The position numbers and the translations under genes are program-made. This document shows positions 46,772 through 55,528 of a stretch of 64,000 nucleotides of DNA, one piece after another; position 1 is the first letter of the stretch; the number at the start of each line of letters is the position of its first letter. A model generated the notes under the pieces. It made no database searches. It was not told where the DNA came from and saw only the letters and a program-made list of their open reading frames with translations. This DNA comes from Thermoflexales bacterium (GTDB lineage Bacteria; Chloroflexota; Anaerolineae; J036; Brachytrichaceae), in the NCBI GenBank assembly GCA_025056895.1, contig JANWVJ010000001.1, positions 9,632 through 73,631 of the forward strand, read 5' to 3'.

Positions 46772-47596
46772 GTGGACACAACAAAGTGGTTTGAAATTCG
46801 CGACCTGCATGTGAGCGTCGAGGGCAAGCCGATTCTGAAAGGCTTGAACTTGAGCATGAACCCCGGCGAGATTCACGCAATCATGGGGCCGAACGGATCA
46901 GGCAAGAGCACATTGGCGTACACGCTCATGGGCCATCCTGGCTACGAAGTCACGGCCGGCGAGGTCATCTTCAACGGCCAGAACGTGTTGGAGATGGAGC
47001 CTGACGAACGCAGCCGAGCCGGTCTGTTCCTGGCCTTCCAGTATCCGGTGGCCATCCCTGGGGTGACCGTGGCGAACTTTCTGCGCACGGCGCTCAACGC
47101 GCGCATCAAGGCCGAAGCAGCCGCTCGCAACGGCGGCGTTGTGCCGGCAGATGTGAAAGGCATTTCTATTCCCGAATTTCGCAAGCAGTTGCGCGAGGCG
47201 ATGCGCATTCTGAAGGTTGATGAATCCTTTGCCGGTCGTTATCTAAACGACGGCTTCAGCGGTGGTGAAAAGAAGCGCGCCGAAGTGCTGCAAATGGCAA
47301 TGCTCAAGCCGAAGATCGCGATTCTGGACGAGACCGATTCCGGCCTCGACATCGATGCCCTGCGCATCGTCAGCGAGGGCGTGAATACACTCCATGCTCA
47401 AGACTCGCAGATGAGCGTGCTGGTCATCACGCATTACCAGCGCCTGCTCAACTACATCAAGCCGCAATTCGTGCACGTGCTCATCGACGGCCGCATTGTT
47501 GAAGCAGGCGGACCAGAATTGGCGCTACACCTCGAAGAGAAGGGCTACGACTGGCTGCGCGAGCCGGAGGCCGAGCCGGAGCGCCCCAGCCGCTGA
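46772..47596 (+). CDS. sufC: Fe-S cluster assembly ATPase SufC
   Basis: GTG start with GAGGAG 5 nt upstream. Walker [13 protein letters not shown] signature FSGGEKKR. Walker [11 protein letters not shown]. Confidence 0.9.
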   Translation: MDTTKWFEIRDLHVSVEGKPILKGLNLSMNPGEIHAIMGPNGSGKSTLAYTLMGHPGYEVTAGEVIFNGQNVLEMEPDERSRAGLFLAFQYPVAIPGVTVANFLRTALNARIKAEAAARNGGVVPADVKGISIPEFRKQLREAMRILKVDESFAGRYLNDGFSGGEKKRAEVLQMAMLKPKIAILDETDSGLDIDALRIVSEGVNTLHAQDSQMSVLVITHYQRLLNYIKPQFVHVLIDGRIVEAGGPELALHLEEKGYDWLREPEAEPERPSR

Positions 47597-47631
47597 CCCA
47601 TAGCGCACACACTCGATAAGCCCAAACAAGG

Positions 47632-49056
47632 ATGGGTGAAATGGCCGAGAACAAGACTCAGGTTGAAGTCAACGAAAGCTACGCGGAGAAGTACGGCTTC
47701 TTCGTGCCGGAAAATTACACCTTCAAGAGCCGCAAAGGGCTAGATGCCGAGATCGTTAAGGAGATTTCGTGGATCAAAGGTGAGCCGCAGTGGATGACCG
47801 AGTTCCGGCTGCGCTCACTGGAAGCGTTTCAAGCCAAGCCGATGCCGAACTGGGGCGGGCCGGCTCTTAAGGATATCCGCTTCGACGACATTTACTACTA
47901 CATCAAGCCAACCGAGGAGCAAGCGAACTCCTGGGATGAATTGCCGCCGGAAATCAAGACAACCTACGATCGGCTGGGCATTCCTGAGGCGGAGAAGAAG
48001 TATTTGGCCGGCGTAGGCGCCCAGTATGAGTCCGAAGTCATCTATCACAATCTTGCTAAAGAGCTGGCCGACAAGGGCGTGATCTTTCTCGACACCGACA
48101 CAGCCCTGCGCGAACACCCCGAGCTGTTCCGCGAGCATTTCGGCACGGTGATTCCTTACACCGATAACAAATTTGCTGCGCTGAACAGCGCCGTGTGGTC
48201 GGGCGGCTCGTTCATCTATGTGCCGCCGGGCGTGAAGATCGACTTGCCGCTTCAGGCTTATTTCCGCATCAACGCCAAGAACGTCGGCCAGTTCGAGCGC
48301 ACGCTCATCATCGTTGATGAAGGCGCATATGTGCACTACGTCGAGGGCTGCACAGCGCCAATCTACTCTAGCGACTCGCTGCATAGCGCCGTGGTCGAGA
48401 TCATCGTCAAGAAAGGCGGGCGCTGTCGCTACACTACCATTCAAAACTGGTCAACGAATGTGTACAACCTGGTGACCAAGCGCGCCGTAGCATACGAGGG
48501 TGCGACGATGGAGTGGGTGGACGGCAATCTGGGTTCTAAGCTGACCATGAAGTACCCAGCGGTGTATCTAATGGGACCGGGCGCACACGGCGAAATCCTA
48601 TCGATTGCCTTCGCAGGGAAAGGTCAGCACCAAGATGCCGGCGGAAAAGTCGTTCACGCCGCACCCAACACCACCTCCAAAATCGTCAGCAAGTCGATCA
48701 GCAAGGACGGTGGGCGCGCGAGCTATCGCGGCCTCCTAAAGGTGTATCGCGATGCGCGCGGCAGCCGCAGCAATGTGGTGTGCGATGCGCTGATTCTCGA
48801 TGAGCACAGCCGCAGCGATACATATCCATATATTGAAGTGGACAACGACGACGTGACCATCGGCCATGAGGCTTCGGTGAGCAAGATCGGCGAAGAGCAA
48901 CTCTTCTACGCGATGAGTCGCGGCTTGAGCGAAGAGGAAGCCTCCACTATGGTTGTCTCCGGCTTTATCGAGCCGCTCGTCAAAGAGCTGCCAATGGAGT
49001 ACGCCGTCGAAATGAACCGGCTAATTGCGTTGCAGATGGAAGGGACGGTCGGATAA
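47632..49056 (+). CDS. sufB: Fe-S cluster assembly protein SufB
   Basis: The conserved SufB C-terminal beta-helix region is present ([43 protein letters not shown]). The start may be ATG 47641. Confidence 0.9.
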   Translation: MGEMAENKTQVEVNESYAEKYGFFVPENYTFKSRKGLDAEIVKEISWIKGEPQWMTEFRLRSLEAFQAKPMPNWGGPALKDIRFDDIYYYIKPTEEQANSWDELPPEIKTTYDRLGIPEAEKKYLAGVGAQYESEVIYHNLAKELADKGVIFLDTDTALREHPELFREHFGTVIPYTDNKFAALNSAVWSGGSFIYVPPGVKIDLPLQAYFRINAKNVGQFERTLIIVDEGAYVHYVEGCTAPIYSSDSLHSAVVEIIVKKGGRCRYTTIQNWSTNVYNLVTKRAVAYEGATMEWVDGNLGSKLTMKYPAVYLMGPGAHGEILSIAFAGKGQHQDAGGKVVHAAPNTTSKIVSKSISKDGGRASYRGLLKVYRDARGSRSNVVCDALILDEHSRSDTYPYIEVDNDDVTIGHEASVSKIGEEQLFYAMSRGLSEEEASTMVVSGFIEPLVKELPMEYAVEMNRLIALQMEGTVG

Positions 49057-49058
49057 AG

Positions 49059-50426
49059 ATGGCAGTCGTTACCCTGAAACCGGCCCCGCTGGTGAAAAGT
49101 GGGGAGTTGACGCGCGAGTTCGTCGAAGCCTACGCCTCAGCAGCCGACGACCCGGCCTGGATGGTCGCGCGCCGGCTGGAGGCGCTGCGCGTGTTCCGCG
49201 ACACGCCTGCCCCTCAACGCAGCGATGAACTCTGGCGGCGGGTCGATCTGTCGGCCTTCAAGCTTGACCAGGTGTTGGCGACCATTCAATTGCCCACCGG
49301 CGATCAGGCGCTGGATGACGATGCGCGCCGCTTCCTGGACCCGTTCATTTACGCCAATGCGCCGGGCGTCGTTGCACATGTGAACGGCGCGCCGGTCGTG
49401 TCACACCTGGATGAATACCTGCACGCGCAGGGTGTGATCTTCACCGACTTACTGTCGGCCAGCTACCAGCACGCAGATTGGCTGGAAAATCACCTGATGA
49501 CCGAGTGCGTCAAGCTGACCGACGCGTATTTTGCAGCGCTGCACGGTGTGTTCATGCGCGGCGGCGTCGTGCTGCGCGTGCCGAAAGGTGTGCGCATCGA
49601 GCAACCGCTGCGCGCAGCAACTTGGATGAGCGCCGACCAACGCGCCGGCTTTAATCACACGCTGATCGTGCTGGAGGAAGGCGCGCAAGCCACTTTGATT
49701 GAAGAATTCGCCTCGCCCTCGCACGGCCAGCCGACTCACGGCCAGCCGGCGCAAGTGTTCTACAACGGCGCAGTCGAGATCGTGCTCGGCAAAGATGCCC
49801 AACTGGACTACGTGAGCATTCAGGACTGGGGACGCAACGTGTGGAACTTCACCAACGAGCGCGCCCATTTGCACGCCGGCGCAACACTGCACTGGGTGGC
49901 CGGCGGATTGGGATCACGCTACACCAAGTCGGCCATCGAGGCCGATCTACTGGGCGAGGGCGGCACGGCGTTGTTGTCAGGCGTCTTCTTTGCCGACGGC
50001 AAACAGCAATTACATTACGACACGCAACAAAATCACATCGCGCCGGCCTGCAAGAGCGATCTGTTGTACAAGAATGCCTTACGCGATGAGGCACGCACGG
50101 TGTGGCGAGGCAACATTCGCGTCTTCCCCGGCGCGCAAAAGACAGACGCCTATCAGGCTAACCGCAATCTGCAACTGTCCAGCAAGTCCCGTGCCGACTC
50201 GATCCCCGGCCTGGAGATCGAAGCAGACGACGTGCGCTGTACCCATGGTTCAACAGTCGGACGCCTGGAAGAAGAACCGATGTTTTACCTGCGATCGAGA
50301 GGTATTCCAGAGGTTGAAGCGCGCCGGCTGATTGTAGAGGGTTTCTTTGCGCCCGTGATCGAGCGCATCCCGCTTGAAGAAACACGCGAGCGCTTGCTAG
50401 CTGAAATTGCCAGGAAGATTGGGTAA
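49059..50426 (+). CDS. sufD: Fe-S cluster assembly protein SufD
   Basis: It follows sufB by 2 nt. SufB/D-family C-terminal region (HTLIVLEEGAQATLIE, QNHIAPACKSDLLYKNAL, LEIEADDVRCTHGSTVG). Confidence 0.85.
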   Translation: MAVVTLKPAPLVKSGELTREFVEAYASAADDPAWMVARRLEALRVFRDTPAPQRSDELWRRVDLSAFKLDQVLATIQLPTGDQALDDDARRFLDPFIYANAPGVVAHVNGAPVVSHLDEYLHAQGVIFTDLLSASYQHADWLENHLMTECVKLTDAYFAALHGVFMRGGVVLRVPKGVRIEQPLRAATWMSADQRAGFNHTLIVLEEGAQATLIEEFASPSHGQPTHGQPAQVFYNGAVEIVLGKDAQLDYVSIQDWGRNVWNFTNERAHLHAGATLHWVAGGLGSRYTKSAIEADLLGEGGTALLSGVFFADGKQQLHYDTQQNHIAPACKSDLLYKNALRDEARTVWRGNIRVFPGAQKTDAYQANRNLQLSSKSRADSIPGLEIEADDVRCTHGSTVGRLEEEPMFYLRSRGIPEVEARRLIVEGFFAPVIERIPLEETRERLLAEIARKIG

Positions 50427-50490
50427 ATCCTTGCAACGGTAGGGGTTGGGAACAAGACCGTTTCACCCGTTACCGACATCGTTACACTTA

Positions 50491-50518
50491 CGCGCCCCTT
50501 CATGGGGCGCGTTTGCTT
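50491..50518 (+). terminator. Intrinsic terminator after sufD
   Basis: CGCGCCCC-TTCAT-GGGGCGCG forms an 8-bp GC stem followed by TTTGCTT. Confidence 0.7.
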
Positions 50519-50957
50519 ATCTACTCTCCGGCATCAATCGACCGTCACGTCACGATCTTCTTGCACAAGTGGTTGCTTTGGGGCAACACTTACCCTACTG
50601 ACACGATCCCATTTCTCGACCGCAGAATCAGAAAACACAATCGAGCCAGACAAGCACCGCTGTTGGACAGGAGCATTAAAACAGATTTCTCAGGACAAGC
50701 GCGCAGGGCTATACTCAACGCGGAGGACGAAGATGCACTCGCATTTGCCCGTCACGCTGGTTGGGGCTGATTTGGTGCCGGTAGCGCCTATTGATAGCGG
50801 CTCAGCGATACGTCATCCATTTGTTGATCACCAACCCCGGCAGCAGCCGACATCGGCTTGCTCAACAGCGTCATCCTAAAACCCCGAAGGTGTCCCCTCT
50901 TACACTTGAATGGATTTACGCACTTCGCTCTTTTACCCCGCTACTTCTTGAATTGCC

Positions 50958-53096
50958 ATGGACTGCAAGCGCCCGCTTAGCTTCCTTGCATACCTCCACC
51001 ACGCCTTTGAAACCTTGTTTGAGCAATCGCCGATCGGGCTGGTGATCGCCGATCTAGAAGGGCGATGTTTGGCAGCAAACCCGGCTTTCTGCCGCATGAT
51101 CGGGTATTCCAGTCAAGAACTCATCGGCCAACACTTTAGATCTTTCACCCACCCAGATGATTTGGCGATCAATCTGCAACAAGGACAAGACATGATTGCC
51201 GGCCGGCGTCGTTCGATGCAGATTGAGAAGCGTTACGTGCGCAGAGATGGTAGTGCACTATGGGTGTCGCTCAGTGCTTCTATTGTGCACGATAACGAAG
51301 GCCGGCCCGTCGCAGTCGTGTCTCAGATTCAAGACCTCACCGCCTACAAAGAAGCCGAGCGTCAAACCACTTTGTTGCTTGAAGACTACCGCGATTTATA
51401 CGAATCACAACTTCAGATCGTGGCGCGGCTGACCGGTTTATACCAGGCCGGCCTGGCCTTAACCCAGGCTGGGTCGATGGACGATCTGTTGAACATCATC
51501 GTCCGCCAGGCTGGGCGACTCATCATCGGGGCAGACGCAATCATGCTCAGCCGCTATGACCAGAGCGGGCAACTGCTTGTTGCCGCAGTCGAAGGGTTGC
51601 CGGCATCCATAATCGGTGCCCGCGTGCCGATGGAACAAGGGTTGAGCGGACGCGCTGTGTCGCTGCGCCGTATGCAACGGGTCAGCGATTATTCAACATG
51701 GGAGCACCGCGTTGAGGCGGGACTCACGTTTGGCTTCCGGTCTGGTGTGGCGCTGCCGCTTGTCTGGCAAGAACGGGTGATGGGGGCGTTGGCCGTGGTA
51801 AGACGGCAGACAGGGCAAATTGCAGATGAGGACGTGAATGTGCTGACGCTATTTGGCACACTGGCAGCCGCCGGCTTAGCCTTGCGCGGTGCCTATGAGG
51901 ATGCCCATCGTCGCGAGGTCGAAGCTCGTGAACTGGCACGCCAACTAGCCAGCGCGCGCGATGACGAACGCAACCAAATTGCTGAACGCTTGCACAATAC
52001 CATCGGCCACTCGCTCTCCCTGTTGCAGAAGAGTCTGATAACAGTTTGTCATCCACCGAGCGGTGAGCAGCCGGCGCCGGAGACATTGCCATCAGCAATG
52101 CGCTTGCTCAATCAGGTGAGCGAACAGGTGCGCGCACTGGCGATGGACCTGGACTCACAGGTGCTGGATGAATCCGGCGTGGCTGCCGCCGCACGACGCT
52201 ACGTAGAGCACATAGCCGTCGCCACTCAGCAACCGATCCGCTTCCATACCACCGGCCGTATCCGACGGATGCCGATACAAATCGAGCGCGTCGTTTTTCG
52301 CGGGCTAAAAGAAGCATTGAACAACGCCGTGCGTCACGCCCAAGCGCGCGAAATTTCGGCCCAATTGCATATCGGCGCGAATACCGTGCGGCTGACCGTG
52401 CAAGATGACGGTATCGGCTTTGATCCGTCCCTGTTGGACTCGAACAATGGTCCCGCCCACTCATTTGGTTTGGCCGGCGTGCGCCGCCAGACGCGCCTGT
52501 TGAACGGTGATTTCAACGTCGAGAGCGCTCCGGGCAAAGGCACGACGGTCATCATCGAGATTCCTGTGCCGGCAGAACTCATTCGCGATGGCGAAAGGAT
52601 GCGTGTACTGATTGCTGAGGGCCACGACATCACCCGTCGTGGAATCGCCGCGGCCTTGTGCGAGAGTGGTGAATACGAGTGCATCGAAGCAAGCGATGGC
52701 TTCTCGGCTCTACACCAGGCACAAATGAATCGGCCCGACATAGCCCTGGTCGATGTGGACTTACCGGAGATGGCCGCTCTCTCAGCGGTGCGTCAGATCG
52801 CGGCTGTGTGTGAACATGCTCTTATTGTTCTTCTGCTTTCTCACAACTACGATGAACAATTTGTCGAGCGAGCCATGCAAGCCGGTGTACACGGGCTTGT
52901 GCTTAAGTCAGCCAGCAGCCAAGAGCTGCTCCAGGCACTTCGCACAGTGCGGGCCGGCGAGCTGGTCGTCCCCCCTCGACTGGTGCATGTAATTCCATCG
53001 TCTACAAAAGCAGACCTTCGCAGAGGAAGCTCTCGCTTCGCTCACCAAACGGGAGCGCCAGGTGTTGGAACGGATTGTGAACGGCTACCGCAATAA
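50958..53096 (+). CDS. PAS-GAF sensor histidine kinase (HisKA_3) fused in frame to a receiver domain
   Basis: PAS region FETLFEQSPIGLVIADLEGRCLAANPAFCRMIGYS. GAF region. H-box ERNQIAERLHNTIGHSL. HATPase LKEALNNAVRHAQA..GKGTTVIIEIP. It then continues with no stop into the receiver MRVLIAEGHD..DIALVDVDLPEM..LVLKSAS. The last ~30 aa look out of frame. Confidence 0.8.
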   Translation: MDCKRPLSFLAYLHHAFETLFEQSPIGLVIADLEGRCLAANPAFCRMIGYSSQELIGQHFRSFTHPDDLAINLQQGQDMIAGRRRSMQIEKRYVRRDGSALWVSLSASIVHDNEGRPVAVVSQIQDLTAYKEAERQTTLLLEDYRDLYESQLQIVARLTGLYQAGLALTQAGSMDDLLNIIVRQAGRLIIGADAIMLSRYDQSGQLLVAAVEGLPASIIGARVPMEQGLSGRAVSLRRMQRVSDYSTWEHRVEAGLTFGFRSGVALPLVWQERVMGALAVVRRQTGQIADEDVNVLTLFGTLAAAGLALRGAYEDAHRREVEARELARQLASARDDERNQIAERLHNTIGHSLSLLQKSLITVCHPPSGEQPAPETLPSAMRLLNQVSEQVRALAMDLDSQVLDESGVAAAARRYVEHIAVATQQPIRFHTTGRIRRMPIQIERVVFRGLKEALNNAVRHAQAREISAQLHIGANTVRLTVQDDGIGFDPSLLDSNNGPAHSFGLAGVRRQTRLLNGDFNVESAPGKGTTVIIEIPVPAELIRDGERMRVLIAEGHDITRRGIAAALCESGEYECIEASDGFSALHQAQMNRPDIALVDVDLPEMAALSAVRQIAAVCEHALIVLLLSHNYDEQFVERAMQAGVHGLVLKSASSQELLQALRTVRAGELVVPPRLVHVIPSSTKADLRRGSSRFAHQTGAPGVGTDCERLPQ

Positions 53097-53274
53097 AGAA
53101 ATCGGTGAGGAATTAGGGATCAGCGTGCGCACCGTCGAAGTCCACCGCCGCAACGTTATGGATAAACTGGGCGTCAGGAACCTGGCACAACTTGTCCGCC
53201 TGGTTGAACGGGGACAAGACCTTCACTATTGCAGCAACTGTAGGAGACCGCGAGACCAAGCGCATCTGGAATGA
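52993..53274 (+). pseudogene. LuxR-type HTH output domain in the +1 frame relative to the upstream HK-REC ORF (frameshifted C-terminus)
   Basis: The +1 frame, open from 52993, reads FHRLQKQTFAEEALASLTKRERQVLERIVNGYRNKEIGEELGISVRTVEVHRRNVMDKLGV. This is a complete NarL/LuxR HTH, but its first helix lies upstream of any start codon. Removing one A from the A4 run at 53006-53009 fuses it in frame. Confidence 0.6.
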
Positions 53275-53531
53275 TTCTCCCTCCCCCCAGCAGAGACAAC
53301 CCAGATGCGCCGGCCACGCAGAAGAGGTTCTGAAGCGCGGGCAACGACGAGTCTCGATGGGTCGCGCAGCCTCTGTAGAGGATGATAGCGCTTTCAAGCA
53401 GGTTGTGAATACAGATTAGTACGTATCTTTGAACTGAATCACCTTTACAGGATTCTGTTTAGCGCACATGGTTCCAGATTGGCGAGAAATACATCACGTG
53501 ATGATCATGGGCGCGAAAGAAGCGGGTCGGA

Positions 53532-54590
53532 TCATGCCGGCTGCAACATCACTTTCACCAAATCGGCCGGCTGGGTGGTGAGTCGCTCAAAGAACTCCGC
53601 CCCTTGCTCTAATCGAGCAACCTGAACCATGTCGCGCACCTGCACATGCCCCGAAGTGATCAGTTCGAGGGCGCGTAGAAAGTCGTCGTCGGTGTAGGCA
53701 TAGCTGCCCAACACACGCAACTCGCGGTTCACCACCGGTAGAAAGTTCAGGGATGTCTCCCCCTTGCCCAGGCCGACGAGGGCCAACACCCCTCCGGGCG
53801 CTAATGCAGCGATGGCTTGCTGGCGCGCAGCCGGCGCGCCGGCTGTGTCCACAACAAACTCTGCGCCCCAGCCGTCCGTCAATGCTTGCACATGCTCAAC
53901 CACATCCTGCGCAGTGCTGAGGACGGTGTGTGTTGCACCCATCGCTCGCGCTCGCTCCAACCGCTGCGCCACCACATCGGTGGCGATGACAAGGGACGCG
54001 CCGGCCAGTTTTGCCAGTTGAACCGCCAACAACCCTTGCGCGCCGGCTCCCAACACGACCACCGTCCGCAACAGCGGGGGCGCCATGCTGCGAAAGACGT
54101 GTACTTCTACCGCCAGCGTCTCGACCAGCGCAGCGTCCAGGTCGCTTGTTTCAGGAGGCAGTTTAAACACGCGATTAACCGGCGCAACGACCAGTTCGGC
54201 AAATGCGCCGGCGCGTTCGATGCCCAAAACATCCATATTTGGGCAGATATTCGTTCGCCCGGCGCGACAGGCCGGACATGCGCCACACGCAATCAGAGGC
54301 TGCACCACGACTCGGTCACCCACAGCCAGTGCACCACCCATGCGACGCTGCGCGTCGCGACCCAGCTCGACAATTCGGCCGGAAAACTCATGCCCCATGA
54401 TCAGAGGAACACGGGCATTGCGACGCGGGCTATGACCGAGGTAGCCGCTCAGGTCAGAACCACAAATGCCGCACATGTGGACACGAATCAACACCTCATC
54501 AGGAGCGGGGCACGGATCGGGCACTGACTCGACTCGCAACTGATGTGACCCATAAAAGACGAGCGCCTGCATGGGGATATTGTCGGCCAA
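53532..54590 (-). CDS. Zinc-dependent medium-chain alcohol/polyol dehydrogenase (sorbitol/threonine dehydrogenase-like)
   Basis: Catalytic Zn motif CGICGSDL..GHEFSG. Structural Zn cluster CGACPACRAGRTNIC. NAD motif VLGAGAQGLLAV. Confidence 0.8.
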   Translation of the reverse strand: MADNIPMQALVFYGSHQLRVESVPDPCPAPDEVLIRVHMCGICGSDLSGYLGHSPRRNARVPLIMGHEFSGRIVELGRDAQRRMGGALAVGDRVVVQPLIACGACPACRAGRTNICPNMDVLGIERAGAFAELVVAPVNRVFKLPPETSDLDAALVETLAVEVHVFRSMAPPLLRTVVVLGAGAQGLLAVQLAKLAGASLVIATDVVAQRLERARAMGATHTVLSTAQDVVEHVQALTDGWGAEFVVDTAGAPAARQQAIAALAPGGVLALVGLGKGETSLNFLPVVNRELRVLGSYAYTDDDFLRALELITSGHVQVRDMVQVARLEQGAEFFERLTTQPADLVKVMLQPA

Positions 54591-54647
54591 ATCGCCGCTT
54601 CTCTCAACCTCGCGTGCTCACTGCCCATTCAATTTGCTGCGGCCCTG

Positions 54648-55016
54648 TCACGCTGCATCCAGCAGCATCAAGTTAAGCGTCTCACGCGCTGCCGGCAGCG
54701 TTTGCAGAGCAGCCCAGTTCCCCACCACATCGGCAGCCCGCTCGATGGCGAGCAGACGCACTAGCGGGTCTTCTCGGGTTGGCATACCTCCAATCCGCGT
54801 GCGTGGCCAGTAAGGCGCCAGCCGATGCTGCCAAACTGGATGGGCCTGCTTTAACCAGACCCGCAGGCGCGTAAAAGTTGCTTCATCTTCTGCGCTGGCT
54901 AGACCTTGCCGATATACGCGCACCATCAAAGCCTCTAGCTCGTCCCAGTGGCGCACCAACTCAATCAAAGCCGGATCATTGATGCGCGTGAGGAGTGAAC
55001 GGGTGAATGGATTCAT
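54648..55016 (-). CDS. Hypothetical protein
   Basis: An ORF of about 120 aa on the same strand and just upstream of the dehydrogenase. I recognised no motifs. The start is placed at the internal Met (MNPFTRSLL..). Confidence 0.4.
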   Translation of the reverse strand: MNPFTRSLLTRINDPALIELVRHWDELEALMVRVYRQGLASAEDEATFTRLRVWLKQAHPVWQHRLAPYWPRTRIGGMPTREDPLVRLLAIERAADVVGNWAALQTLPAARETLNLMLLDAA

Positions 55017-55144
55017 ATTCTTCCGCCTAGCGTCAACCTTGTCCAACCGAAGCGGCTCCAAGTCAGCAGCCTACCGGAGCAGAATGCTGAAACAGAACGA
55101 TTGCTATACTGCGCCCCGCAAAAATCTTTTTTGAGGGAACAACC

Positions 55145-55528
55145 ATGCCTAAGCAGCTTGTCAACACCGAAGGCGTCGCCCGTGCAGGTGGAGCATACTC
55201 GCCGTGCGTGCGCGCAGGCGACTTCATCTTTGTGGCCGGCCAAGGGCCGATCAATCCTGCCACCGGCGCCGTAGTCGGCGCTACCATCGAAGAGCAAACG
55301 GCGCAAACACTTGAAAACATCAAGAACATTTTAGCTGCCGCGGGCGCGTCGATGGCCGATGTGGTCAAAGCTACTGTGCATCTGAGCGACCTCAGCCTAT
55401 TCGACCGCTACAACAAGGTGTATGCAACCTACTTCCCCGACCCTAAACCGGTACGCACCACGGTCGGCAGCCAACTGCTGAACATCCTGGTCGAGATCGA
55501 TGTGATTGCTTACGTGGGCGAACGTTGA
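55145..55528 (+). CDS. ridA: RidA family reactive-intermediate deaminase (YjgF/L-PSP)
   Basis: GAYSPCVRAGDFIFVAGQ..IEEQTAQTLENIKNIL..VVKATVHL..RTTVGS..LVEIDVIA. Confidence 0.85.
   Translation: MPKQLVNTEGVARAGGAYSPCVRAGDFIFVAGQGPINPATGAVVGATIEEQTAQTLENIKNILAAAGASMADVVKATVHLSDLSLFDRYNKVYATYFPDPKPVRTTVGSQLLNILVEIDVIAYVGER

Noticed and set aside
53492-53503. 12-bp perfect palindrome CATCACGTGATG in the convergent spacer downstream of the alcohol dehydrogenase gene
   Set aside because: It is short and isolated. It lies between two gene ends with no downstream gene to regulate, and it could occur by chance.
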